From Planctomycetota bacterium (lineage in GTDB: Bacteria > Planctomycetota > B15-G4), in contig JAJDEO010000041.1 in assembly GCA_029259745.1 (NCBI GenBank), positions 19,374-83,373 on the forward strand: a stretch of DNA of 64,000 bases, given 5' to 3'. The translations under genes and the position numbers were made by a program. A model generated the notes under the pieces. That model was not told the DNA's origin, did not search any database, and was given only the letters and a program-made list of their open reading frames with translations. Of the stretch, positions 35,212-44,826 are shown piece by piece. How positions within the stretch are numbered: the first letter of the stretch is position 1; every line of letters starts with the position of its first letter.

Positions 35212-37209
35212 ATGACGCCCCATCCACGCCTGACGATCCTCGCGCTCGCCGTGTCCATGTTCCTCGGCTGCGGCCCCGCCGAGGCGCAGCAGTTCAGCCT
35301 GCCTTCGCTCTTCAGCGACGGCGCCGTCCTCCAGCGCGAGACATCCGCGCCGGTCTGGGGCGCGGCGCCGGTCGGCATGGAGGTGACCGTGCGCGGTTCG
35401 TGGAGCGATCGGGTCTCGACCGCGGTGACCGATGCGAACGGCGAGTGGCACACGACGATCGACACGCCGCAAGCCGGTGGCCCGCACGAGCTCGTCTTCG
35501 CGGGCGACGGCGGCGTCATCATGACTCTGCGCGACGTCTACGTCGGCGAAGTCTGGGTGTGCTCGGGGCAGTCGAACATGGAGTGGACGATCGACATGAC
35601 GCGCCGCGGCTACGCCGACGATCCGTCGTACGGCAAGATGCTCGCGGAACTCGACCTCCCCACACTGCGTGTCTTCGACGTCGCGAAGCGCGCGGCACTC
35701 ACGCCGCAATCGGTCTGTGAAGCGCACTGGCAAGCGTGTACGCCGGAGACACTCGGACGCTTCAGTGCAGTCGCCACGTTTTTTGGTCGACGCCTGCAGC
35801 GCGAACTCGACGTCCCGATCGGGCTCATCACGACGAACTGGGGCGGCACCGTCGCCGAGGCTTGGACGAGCGAGGAATCACTCTGGACCCTGCCCGACTT
35901 CCACGCCGCGCTCGAGGCCCAGCGACTCATGAGCGACACGACCGAGTCGGCAAAAGACATCCGTCACGAGCAGGGCAAGCTCTGGTGGCGTGACGTCGAT
36001 GCCGGCGATGTCGGCATCAGCGAGGGTTGGATGTCCTCTGAGCTCGACGACACCGCGTGGAGCACGATCGACGTCCCCGGCCTCTGGGAAGACGCCACGC
36101 TGCCTGGCGTCGACGGCCTCGTCTGGTTCCGGCGCGAGGTCGAGATCCCTGACGCCTGGCGCGACCGCAACCTTTTCGTCTGCCTCGGCCCGCTCGATGA
36201 CATGGATACCGTGTGGGTGAACGGCGAGCAGATCGGCGGCATGATGATCCCGGGCGTCTGGCAGACTCCGCGCGTGTATCCCGTCGCCGCCGACGTCTGG
36301 AAGCTCGGGCGCAATGTGATCGCCGTGCGCGTGGCCGACACCGGCGGCGCGGGCGGCTTCTCGGGCGAGCCCGACGTCTTGCGCATCACCGAGACGCCTG
36401 TCACGAACGATCGGCCGAGCGTGACGCTCAGCGGTGAGTGGCGCGTCCGAGCGAGCACGCCGGCGCTGCCGGCCTGGCCGGCGCTGCCGTTCCATCAGAA
36501 CTCACCGACGGCGCTCTTCAACGGCATGATCGCCCCGCTGCTGCCCTACGCCATCCGCGGCGCGATCTGGTACCAGGGCGAGTCGAATCGCCTCCAGGCC
36601 GCGCAGTACCGCCGCCTCTTTCCCGCGCTCATCGCGGACTGGCGCAAACACTGGCAGCGCGGCGACTTTCCCTTCTACTTCGTTCAGATCGCGCCCTATT
36701 CATACGGCGGCGACGACGGCGAGGCGGCCGAACTCCGCGAGGCCCAGGCGTTCACGGCAGAGACGGTTCCGAACACGGGGATGGTCGTCACCATGGACGT
36801 CGGCAACCCGGACGACATCCACCCGACGAACAAGCTCGACGTCGGTCACCGCCTCGCACGCTGGGCGCTGCGCGAGACCTATGGACGTGACGACATCATC
36901 GCGGCGAGCCCCGTGTTCGTTCGGTCGACGCGCGAGGGCAACGCGCTGCGTCTGCACTTCACGCACGCCGAGGGCCTGAAGACATCCGACGGACGTCGCC
37001 CGACGCACTTCGAGGTGGCCGGCGCCGACGGCGCGTACGTCAAGGCCCGCGCCACCATCGACGGCACGACGATCGTGTTGACGAGCGTCAACGTCGACGA
37101 GCCGCGCGAGGCCCGCTACGCCTGGGGCGCCGCTGACGAACCGAACGTCGTCAACGGCGAAGGCCTGCCGGCATCGTCGTTCCGCACGGACGCTCCCCGC
37201 GCGCGCTGA
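35212..37209 (+). CDS. Secreted sialate O-acetylesterase family protein (SASA/DUF303, SGNH hydrolase) with a beta-sandwich insert
   Basis: The signal peptide is MTPHPRLTILALAVSMFLGCGPAEA. The family motifs include VWVCSGQSNMEW, GLITTNWGGT and AIWYQGESN. Confidence 0.75.
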   Translation: MTPHPRLTILALAVSMFLGCGPAEAQQFSLPSLFSDGAVLQRETSAPVWGAAPVGMEVTVRGSWSDRVSTAVTDANGEWHTTIDTPQAGGPHELVFAGDGGVIMTLRDVYVGEVWVCSGQSNMEWTIDMTRRGYADDPSYGKMLAELDLPTLRVFDVAKRAALTPQSVCEAHWQACTPETLGRFSAVATFFGRRLQRELDVPIGLITTNWGGTVAEAWTSEESLWTLPDFHAALEAQRLMSDTTESAKDIRHEQGKLWWRDVDAGDVGISEGWMSSELDDTAWSTIDVPGLWEDATLPGVDGLVWFRREVEIPDAWRDRNLFVCLGPLDDMDTVWVNGEQIGGMMIPGVWQTPRVYPVAADVWKLGRNVIAVRVADTGGAGGFSGEPDVLRITETPVTNDRPSVTLSGEWRVRASTPALPAWPALPFHQNSPTALFNGMIAPLLPYAIRGAIWYQGESNRLQAAQYRRLFPALIADWRKHWQRGDFPFYFVQIAPYSYGGDDGEAAELREAQAFTAETVPNTGMVVTMDVGNPDDIHPTNKLDVGHRLARWALRETYGRDDIIAASPVFVRSTREGNALRLHFTHAEGLKTSDGRRPTHFEVAGADGAYVKARATIDGTTIVLTSVNVDEPREARYAWGAADEPNVVNGEGLPASSFRTDAPRAR

Positions 37210-37227
37210 ACGCCACGATCACGCCGC

Positions 37228-38598
37228 TCAGCGCGCCTTCGAGTGGATGAGCTTCTTGTTCACGAACTCGAGGATGCCGAGGTGTGAGAGCTCGCGTCCG
37301 TACCCGGAGTTCTTCGTGCCGCCGAAGGGCAGCTCGGCCTGTGAGTTCGTCGGTTGGTTGATGAAGACCATGCCCGTGTCGATCTGCTCGGCGACGCGCC
37401 GACCGCGCTCGATGTCCTCGGTGTGCACCGAACCGCCGAGCCCGTAGGACGAGTCGTTCGCGAGCTTGATCGCGGCCTCTTCGTCGGCGACGACGTACAC
37501 CGTCGCCACCGGGCCGAAGAGTTCGGTGTCGTACGTCGGCATGTCCTTCGTGACGTCCTTGAGGATCGTCGGCGAGTAGAACGCGCCCTTGCGATCGGGA
37601 CGTCCGCCACCGAGGAGCACTGTCGCCCCCGCATCGATCGACTGCGTGACGAGGGCGTCAAGATTCTGCGCAGCCTCCTCCGTGCTCAGCGGACCGACGT
37701 CCGTCTCGTCGTCCATCGGATCACCGAGTTTCATTGCCGACAGAGCGTCCTTGAAACCTTCGATGAAGCGATCCGCGACGGATCGGACGACGATGAAGCG
37801 CTTCGCCGCCACACACGACTGGCCGGTGTTCACCATGCGCCCACGCACGGCCATCTTCACGGTGCGTTCCAGGTCTGCGTCCTCGAGGACGATGAACGGA
37901 TCGTTGCCACCGAGTTCGAGAACGGAACGCTTCAGTGACGAACCGGCCGTACCCGCGACTGCGGCGCCGGCCTTCTCGCTGCCTGTCAACGAGACACCAC
38001 TCACGCGGTCGTCTGCGATGATCGAGTCGACGAACTCGACGGGAATGAACAGATTCGTGAAGACACCCGCGGGGAGTCCACAGGTCGCGAGGGATGCCTC
38101 GATCGTGAGGGCGCAGCGGGGCACGTTGCTCGCGTGCTTCACCATCACGACGTTGCCGGCCATGATGTTCGGCGCGGCGAAGCGGACGACCTGATAGAAG
38201 GGAAAGTTCCAAGGCATGACGCCCAGCAGCACGCCGATCGGCGCGTACTGGATGTAGGCATCGGCGCCGTCGACGTTCATCGGCGTATCGGCGAGGAAGT
38301 CCGCAGCACCGTTGGCGTAGAACTCCACGATCTGCGCGCAGAACTCGACCTCGTACTCACTCTCGGAGATGCGCTTGCCCATCTCGAGCGTGATCAGCTC
38401 CGCGAACTCGCGCTTGCGCTCGCGGAGTTGCTTCGCGAAGGCCAGCATGACGGCCCGTCGCGTGTCCAGCGACGTCGTGCGCCAATCTCCGAACGCGTCG
38501 TGGGCCGCTCCGATCGCCGTGAGGAGTTCGTCTTTGCTGAGTGACTCGAACGACTCGACTTGCTCGTTCGTGTAGGGGTTCACGGTCTTGAACGTCAT
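37228..38598 (-). CDS. NAD(P)+-dependent aldehyde dehydrogenase (succinate-semialdehyde dehydrogenase-like)
   Basis: It carries the ALDH motifs VLELGGNDP (catalytic Glu region), GQSCVAAKR (catalytic Cys) and ELPFGGTKNSGYGRE. Confidence 0.8.
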   Translation of the reverse strand: MTFKTVNPYTNEQVESFESLSKDELLTAIGAAHDAFGDWRTTSLDTRRAVMLAFAKQLRERKREFAELITLEMGKRISESEYEVEFCAQIVEFYANGAADFLADTPMNVDGADAYIQYAPIGVLLGVMPWNFPFYQVVRFAAPNIMAGNVVMVKHASNVPRCALTIEASLATCGLPAGVFTNLFIPVEFVDSIIADDRVSGVSLTGSEKAGAAVAGTAGSSLKRSVLELGGNDPFIVLEDADLERTVKMAVRGRMVNTGQSCVAAKRFIVVRSVADRFIEGFKDALSAMKLGDPMDDETDVGPLSTEEAAQNLDALVTQSIDAGATVLLGGGRPDRKGAFYSPTILKDVTKDMPTYDTELFGPVATVYVVADEEAAIKLANDSSYGLGGSVHTEDIERGRRVAEQIDTGMVFINQPTNSQAELPFGGTKNSGYGRELSHLGILEFVNKKLIHSKAR

Positions 38599-38637
38599 GT
38601 TTCTCCTTCGTTGGTTTGCGGACGAACTGAGCGCGGA

Positions 38638-39759
38638 TCACGTCTTCGCGGCGCGCTGCTCTTCTTCGTAGGTCGGCCAGTCGGTGTAGCCCTCGGCGTC
38701 GAACGAGTACCAGGTGTCTTGCGGTGCCTCGTCGGCGAGCGGCCAGTCGTTGGCGAAGCGCGCGACGAGGTCGGGGTTGCTGATGAAGGGACGTCCGAAC
38801 GAGACGAGATCGGTGCCGCCCGCCGCGATGAGCTTCTCGGCCGACTCGCGATCGAAGCCGCAGTTCGCCATGAGCGTGCCCTTGAAGACGCGACGAAACT
38901 CGTGCATCTCCATCGGCTCGCCGAGTTCGTGGAACCCGAACGCCAGCCCGCTCAACACGTGGAGGTATCCGAGGTCGTAGTCATCGAGTCGCTCCGCGAC
39001 GTACGAGAACTGCTCGCGGAAGTCGGGAGATCCCATGTCGTTGAATGCACCGTTGGGGCTGATGCGCACACCGACCTGTTGCGACGGCCAGACCGTGAGC
39101 ATGGCCTCGACGATTTCCTTCAAGAACCGAAAGCGCGCCTCGATGCTGCCGCCGTAGGCGTCATCACGCTTGTTCGTGCGCGACTGCAGGAAGGTGTCGA
39201 TGAGGTAGCCGTTCGCACCATGGATCTCGACTCCGTCGAAGCCGACGTCCTTCGCCCGCTTGGCGGCGGTCTTGAACTCCTCGATCACAACGGGAATCTC
39301 GTCGATCGTGAGCGCACGCGGTGTCTCGTGTGCCTTCTCCTCTCCGTCTGACTTCGGTGTCGGGATCCCCTTGCCTTCATGGCGCACCGCAGACGGAGCA
39401 AGCGGGAGCTCGCCGTCGAGGAAGTCGCTATGCGACGCGCGGCCGGTGTGCCAGAGCTGCATGAAGATCGGCGTGCCATGGCGATGGACGGCCTCGATCG
39501 TCGGCTCCCAACCCGCAGCCATCTCGTCGGTGAAGATGCCTGGCGCGTGCAGCCAGCCGACGCCCATGCGCGACGGGAACGTGCCCTCCGTGATGAGCAT
39601 CCCTGCGCCTGCGCGCTGCTCGTAGTAGCGCGCCATGAGCTCGTTGGCGGTCATCTCGGACCCGGCGCGAGCGCGCGTCATCGGTGCCAAAACGACGCGG
39701 TTCGCGAGCGACAGGCGTCCGCGCTCGTACGGGCTCAAGAGCTGCTGCGGCTCAGACAT
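38638..39759 (-). CDS. Old Yellow Enzyme family NADH:flavin oxidoreductase or alkene reductase (NemA-like)
   Basis: The OYE motifs are APMTRARA, MQLWHTGRASH and GFDGVEIHGANGYLIDTFL. It lies 39 nt downstream of the aldehyde dehydrogenase gene on the same strand. Confidence 0.85.
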   Translation of the reverse strand: MSEPQQLLSPYERGRLSLANRVVLAPMTRARAGSEMTANELMARYYEQRAGAGMLITEGTFPSRMGVGWLHAPGIFTDEMAAGWEPTIEAVHRHGTPIFMQLWHTGRASHSDFLDGELPLAPSAVRHEGKGIPTPKSDGEEKAHETPRALTIDEIPVVIEEFKTAAKRAKDVGFDGVEIHGANGYLIDTFLQSRTNKRDDAYGGSIEARFRFLKEIVEAMLTVWPSQQVGVRISPNGAFNDMGSPDFREQFSYVAERLDDYDLGYLHVLSGLAFGFHELGEPMEMHEFRRVFKGTLMANCGFDRESAEKLIAAGGTDLVSFGRPFISNPDLVARFANDWPLADEAPQDTWYSFDAEGYTDWPTYEEEQRAAKT

Positions 39760-40026
39760 GGTGGATCATCTCCGGTTCATGGGTGACGGGTGATAGACGC
39801 TGCGGCAACGAACGCCCGAGATACCCATCGAATGAGCGATTGTGCACTTGACCGGCCCCCGCGGCCCGGGCGTTGGGGCGTGCGAGAACGGCGCTCGTTC
39901 GCGCGCGGCAGGACACCGGGCGTCAGCGCATGCGCCTACGCGACGCGACGGCCTGCACGGTGAGTGCTCGCAAGAACTGTGCCAGGCGCGACGATCCGAG
40001 TGCGGCACTCGGACGTCCGACGTCGG

Positions 40027-40620
40027 TCACTCCGCGAGGCCGAGCAATGCGCGCAGGCGGGCGCGAGCGCGGGACATGCGTGAGTGGACCGTGCCCGAGG
40101 GGACGCCGAGGATCGCCGCGATCTCCGCGGGACCGAGTCCGTCGAGCGCCGACAGAGCCATGACGGTGCGTTGGTCGAGGTCGAGACGCAGCAGCGCAGC
40201 TCCGAAGCGGCGCGCAAGCTCTTCGCCCGCAAGCTGGTCGGGAACGTCGGCGGCGGAACCGCGTGTCAGGGAGCGCTCGACGCGCGCTGCATCGTCGTGA
40301 CCGCGCGCATCGCGCCTGCGGTGGGCGACGCACTTCCACGCACGCCTCAGCGCCACGCGATAAACCCACGTCGAGAGCTTCGAGCGGCCCTCGAACGACG
40401 CGAGACCGCGGTAGACGTCGACGAACGCCTCCTGCACGCAGTCGTCGAGATCGTCCCCGAGCATGCGGCGCATGAGCTGTTCGACTGGCACGCGGAAGCG
40501 CTCGAAGAGGGCGTGCTCTGCGTTGCGGCGCGTGAGGGAGTCACTGCTCTTCAGACCTTCGAGCAGCGCCGTGTCGTTCTCGGCGTCACTCATCGTCGTC
40601 TTCGTCGCGCTCGTCTTCAT
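40027..40620 (-). CDS. ECF-type RNA polymerase sigma factor (sigma-70 family). An alternative start lies at 40593.
   Basis: Region 2 (CVQEAFVDVYRGLASFEGRSKLSTWVYRVALR) and a region-4 HTH (GLGPAEIAAILGVPSGTVHSRMSRAR) are present. Confidence 0.8.
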   Translation of the reverse strand: MKTSATKTTMSDAENDTALLEGLKSSDSLTRRNAEHALFERFRVPVEQLMRRMLGDDLDDCVQEAFVDVYRGLASFEGRSKLSTWVYRVALRRAWKCVAHRRRDARGHDDAARVERSLTRGSAADVPDQLAGEELARRFGAALLRLDLDQRTVMALSALDGLGPAEIAAILGVPSGTVHSRMSRARARLRALLGLAE

Positions 40621-41149
40621 CGGCGAAGAGCCTCGACTCGCGCGCCGCCCGCGGAGCGATAATGCCGAGCAGCACCGCGCACCAAGCGAACAGGACCGCG
40701 CCGGCGAGCACCCCCGGCCAGGGGCTCTTGCCGACCCACCACGCGATCAAACCCACGACGATGAAGGAAACACCGAGGAGGCCGTTGAGGAAGAATCGCG
40801 AGATGGCACGCGCAAAATGATCGTCAGCCTCGCGTTTGACGAGAACGCGGACGTCTTCGCCCGACTCCACGCCCGCGAGGCGTTCTTGGTGATTGCGAAG
40901 GGCCTTGATGCGACGCGGAAGCACGACCATCGAGAGGCCGAGCGCGACCATCCATCCGTTGCCGACGCCGAAGAACGACGCGCCCGCCGCGAAGACGATG
41001 AAGAACACGGTCCAGCAGAGCCGCCACAGGGGACGACGGAGTCGGCGTCGCACGAGAGCCTCGACAGCGCCCCAGTCGCGCTCGATCTGGAGGCGTCGTT
41101 CGACGTGGGCGTAGGCGGATTCGTAGTCGGCGAGGTCTGCGTCTTTCAT
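40586..41149 (-). CDS. Membrane protein co-transcribed with the ECF sigma factor (possible anti-sigma or regulatory partner)
   Basis: The 187-aa protein has 3-4 predicted TM helices and an acidic C-terminus. It overlaps the start of the downstream sigma gene. Confidence 0.5.
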   Translation of the reverse strand: MKDADLADYESAYAHVERRLQIERDWGAVEALVRRRLRRPLWRLCWTVFFIVFAAGASFFGVGNGWMVALGLSMVVLPRRIKALRNHQERLAGVESGEDVRVLVKREADDHFARAISRFFLNGLLGVSFIVVGLIAWWVGKSPWPGVLAGAVLFAWCAVLLGIIAPRAARESRLFADEDERDEDDDE

Positions 41150-41405
41150 GGCAGGTGTCCTTTCAACCGATCAGAGCGCGCCGACCGACATCGCTTCCCA
41201 GAATTCACGGGATTCCGATGGCACGGGCGATCGACTGCGCCTCGGCGATGCCCATGAGTGTGTCATCACTCCCGGAGATGTGGTGGTTCCAACGGCCGTC
41301 CCACGCCGCGCCCACCGCACTGCTGGCCGACCAGGTTGCATCGAGGCGCCTCGAACTCGACTTGGTGGCTACGATGGCCGACACTTCTCGAACGGGCTGA
41401 TCGTC

Positions 41406-42830
41406 ATGAACACGCGCTCCTTGGTCGCAGCTGGACTCATCGTGTTGGCGGTCGTCGCATGCGACGCGGCGCCCACGCAACCCGTTGGCGCTTCGGCTCC
41501 GCTCGATGCCGACGTCACGGCCGCGATCCAGGACATCGGACATCAGTTCGTCGACGACGAAGGTCTCGTCGGCCTGGCGATCGGCGTCGTCCGCGACGGT
41601 CGGATCGTCTTCAGCGAAGGCTTCGGCCACGCCGACGCACTCCGTTCACGTACCGTCGACGACGACACGATCTTCGACATCGCCTCGGTCGGAAAGCAGT
41701 TCACGGCCGCGGCGATCCTGAAGCTCGTTGAGCGCGGCCTCGTCACACTCGATCAACGCGTCCGCACCGTCGTCCCCGAACTGCCGGACCACTTTCCCGA
41801 CGCAACCATCGACCAGCTCCTCCGCCACACGTCGGGTTTCGTAGGAGCATCGCTCAACGAGGCCGATCCGCCCGACGACCACACACGCCCGCGCTACGGG
41901 ATCGACCTTCTCACCGACATCGAGTTGCAGGGTGGCGACACGCGTTTCGCCGAGCAGGAAACTTGGGTGTACTGCAATCCGGGCTATCTCGTGTTGGGGC
42001 TCGTCGTCGAACGCGCATCCGGAATCAGGTACGACGACTTCGTCCGTGACGAGCTGCTCGTACCCAACGGGCTCGTCGACATGACGGTCTGCGAGCGCGC
42101 TGCGGCGCCGCGGATGTCGGACGGACTGCGGCGCACTGTCGATGGTGTCGCACCGGTGCCGTTCATCGACATGACGGCGTACAGTGGCCAGGGCTCGATC
42201 TGCAGCAGCGTCACCGATCTCTTGCGCTGGTCGCGCGCGCTCGAGGAGGGCCGCGTCATCACGCTCGAGTCACTGGCACAGATGCGTACGCCGAGCACCG
42301 TGATCGGCACGACATCGCAACGCACGATTCCCTACGGCATGGCTCAGCGGATCGGCGCGATCGGCGCGTATCGAAAGGTCGGCCACACGGGGACTTACGA
42401 TGGCGGCAGCGCAGCGCTCGCGTCGTACCCGGCGGCGAAGCTCGAGATCGCTGTGATCTCCAACACCCGGGGGGCGGGCACGCCGCACGCCCACGAGATC
42501 GAAACGCGCATCGCCAAGCTCCTCCTCGGTCATGACGACCCCGACGTCGCCAGCCTTCGTCGCCCCGTCTCCGCCGAACAGCAACTCGCCATCGAAGGCA
42601 CGTACGTCGGGGAGGACACATTCGAGGCTCTGATCGAGGACGATGACCTCGTCGTACTTCGCGACGGCAAGCGCATCGAACGCCTCGTGCACATCGGCGA
42701 CATGCACTTCCGCGACCCGGCGTCCCCCGATGTGTTCGAGTGGTTTCCGATGGACGGAGATCGCGCCGGCTGGTGGGTGTACAGCATGAGCGGCAACATC
42801 ATCGAAGTACTTCGCCGCGCGTCACGCTGA
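41406..42830 (+). CDS. Beta-lactamase-family serine hydrolase lipoprotein (class C / PBP4-like)
   Basis: The lipoprotein signal is MNTRSLVAAGLIVLAVVACD. The SxxK motif is ASVGKQFTAAAI, and a YxN-like region follows. Confidence 0.75.
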   Translation: MNTRSLVAAGLIVLAVVACDAAPTQPVGASAPLDADVTAAIQDIGHQFVDDEGLVGLAIGVVRDGRIVFSEGFGHADALRSRTVDDDTIFDIASVGKQFTAAAILKLVERGLVTLDQRVRTVVPELPDHFPDATIDQLLRHTSGFVGASLNEADPPDDHTRPRYGIDLLTDIELQGGDTRFAEQETWVYCNPGYLVLGLVVERASGIRYDDFVRDELLVPNGLVDMTVCERAAAPRMSDGLRRTVDGVAPVPFIDMTAYSGQGSICSSVTDLLRWSRALEEGRVITLESLAQMRTPSTVIGTTSQRTIPYGMAQRIGAIGAYRKVGHTGTYDGGSAALASYPAAKLEIAVISNTRGAGTPHAHEIETRIAKLLLGHDDPDVASLRRPVSAEQQLAIEGTYVGEDTFEALIEDDDLVVLRDGKRIERLVHIGDMHFRDPASPDVFEWFPMDGDRAGWWVYSMSGNIIEVLRRASR

Positions 42831-43066
42831 CGACTTCTCAGCGCGTACGAGGCCCACGAGCGCCGACGATCACAGGACGGTCTTCGACTGCATTGCAGTG
42901 GAAGCCGCGACATGCTCTGCACCATCCCAACCTCCGTGTGACGATCGAACGCGAGCCGATGCGACGACGCCTGCCTTGACGGCGTCGCGCTCGGCGTCAC
43001 ATGGCGTGCATCGGAGGGCTGCGCGGGCCGGCGTCGAACGTCGTTCGCGTGCCGCCGGCCACCGCT

Positions 43067-44653
43067 TCAGCGCGTCCGTGCGAGAAGCCGGACCTGCTCG
43101 AGTTCGACCGTCGCGCTCGGCGGGCACTCGATCGCGAGCGCCCAGGGCGCGGCGGTGTCGGCGACGCCGTGCAAGCTGTGCACGACAGTTCCATCGACGT
43201 GCACGACACGCCGATCACCGATGCAGAGCACGTGGACATCGTGGAACTCACCGTCGGCAAGCACCGCTCCGAGGTCGGCCACCCAGTGCCCGTCCGCGTG
43301 CCTCCAGACTTCCGCGGCGCCGTCAGTCAGTCGAGCGATCACGCTGCCGACTCCCTGGCCGGGCGCGACCGTCACGATGCGCGCGCCTCGGGGTGCGCGC
43401 AGCCGCAGGTGCAGACCAATGTCATACGCCGGCGTCACGGCCGTCAGCGACCGTTCGCGCGACGCCGAGGCCTCACCGCTCGCCGACAACACGAGCAACG
43501 GGTCACGCGTCTCGACGGTGAGCCGCCCGCCGACGCTCCACTCGTCGGCCGACATCGCGCGCCACGTGTGCTCACCGAGGTCACGCAAGCGTGGGCGACG
43601 CCAACGCACGGCCGTGTTGTTGCCCGAGTGGACCTGGAAGCCGATGTGGCCGACGAGGTCGAGCGGGTCGAGCACGTTCGCCGTCGGCACGTCGTTGACC
43701 CAGACGCGATAGCGCGGGCCGACACACTCGATCCGGTAGCGGTTCCAGCCCGCAAGGTCGAACGCCGCGCGTCCGGCCTCGTTGGCGGCGAGGCTCTGGC
43801 GCCAACCGCGTCGGCCTTCGTCGTAGAACCCGCCCGACCAGCGGCGATCGGTGCGCGGGTCGATCTCGATCTGCGGCCCGAAGAGACGTCCGTCATCGCG
43901 AATCGTGCTGCGGATCTGGATGCCGGAGTTGCCGGCGTCGTCGAGACGCACGTCGACGTCGAGGATGAAGTCGCCGTAACGCTGATGGGTCGTGAGGAAG
44001 CTCTGCGCGCCGCCACCGACGACGCCGCGCAGCACGTCACCTTCGATGGTGTAGATCGCGTCGCCGAGCGCACGCCAGGCTTCGCCGTCGATGGGATCGT
44101 CGGTCATGGCGATGACCGGACCGTCGAGCGAACGGATCGCGACGCCGTGCAGCCAGGTCGGTTCGCCCCCGGAAAGGAGCCCGAGGCGTTGCCCGTTCGT
44201 GAGCGACGGCAGGCTCCAGTGCGCGAAGGCCGGGAGGCTGCGCGCCTGTGCGAACCCGGGATCGCTGAGCGTGCCGTGAAAGACCGGCTTCAGGCCGTCG
44301 ATGAGCGTGACCGTGGGGCCTTCGATACGCATCACGGCTCGCTCGGCGCGCCGCCCGTCACGGCTCCAGAAGCAGTGCACTTCGACGTCGCCCAGGGTTT
44401 CGGCCGTTTGCAATGCCAGCGCGGCCATGCCGTCGTTCGTGCCCGCCGCACGGCGCAGGACACCCGCGTCGACGAACCACGTGTTGGGCTGCTTGACGAT
44501 CCAGGTCGGTTCGTGCCAGCCGGCGCTGCGATCGAGGGCATCGATGCGCTGCTTGGTGTCGGCGAAGGGCACGCCGACGAGCGCGCCATCATCCTGCGCG
44601 AGCGCCGCGCCGGACAGAACCGACGCCACACCCAACGCGTTCACCCAGCGCAT
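43067..44653 (-). CDS. Secreted protein with repeated DUF1080 (3-keto-disaccharide hydrolase, concanavalin-like) domains
   Basis: The signal peptide is MRWVNALGVASVLSGAALAQ. DUF1080-type motifs include GNSGIQIRS and GHIGFQVHSGNNTAVRWRRP, and domain-like segments repeat. Confidence 0.6.
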   Translation of the reverse strand: MRWVNALGVASVLSGAALAQDDGALVGVPFADTKQRIDALDRSAGWHEPTWIVKQPNTWFVDAGVLRRAAGTNDGMAALALQTAETLGDVEVHCFWSRDGRRAERAVMRIEGPTVTLIDGLKPVFHGTLSDPGFAQARSLPAFAHWSLPSLTNGQRLGLLSGGEPTWLHGVAIRSLDGPVIAMTDDPIDGEAWRALGDAIYTIEGDVLRGVVGGGAQSFLTTHQRYGDFILDVDVRLDDAGNSGIQIRSTIRDDGRLFGPQIEIDPRTDRRWSGGFYDEGRRGWRQSLAANEAGRAAFDLAGWNRYRIECVGPRYRVWVNDVPTANVLDPLDLVGHIGFQVHSGNNTAVRWRRPRLRDLGEHTWRAMSADEWSVGGRLTVETRDPLLVLSASGEASASRERSLTAVTPAYDIGLHLRLRAPRGARIVTVAPGQGVGSVIARLTDGAAEVWRHADGHWVADLGAVLADGEFHDVHVLCIGDRRVVHVDGTVVHSLHGVADTAAPWALAIECPPSATVELEQVRLLARTR

Positions 44654-44826
44654 CCACCGCCGGCCACTTCGAACCACCATGTTCCGCTCCGACGCCTCGC
44701 CCCCGCCGAGACTGCGGGCATCGTCGCCAATCGGCGCATCTCATTCCACGGCGGACCCGCTTCGCGATGATCGGAACGGCGCGCTCACCGCGGACATCGC
44801 ACCACCCAAGCCCCTGAACGCATGGT

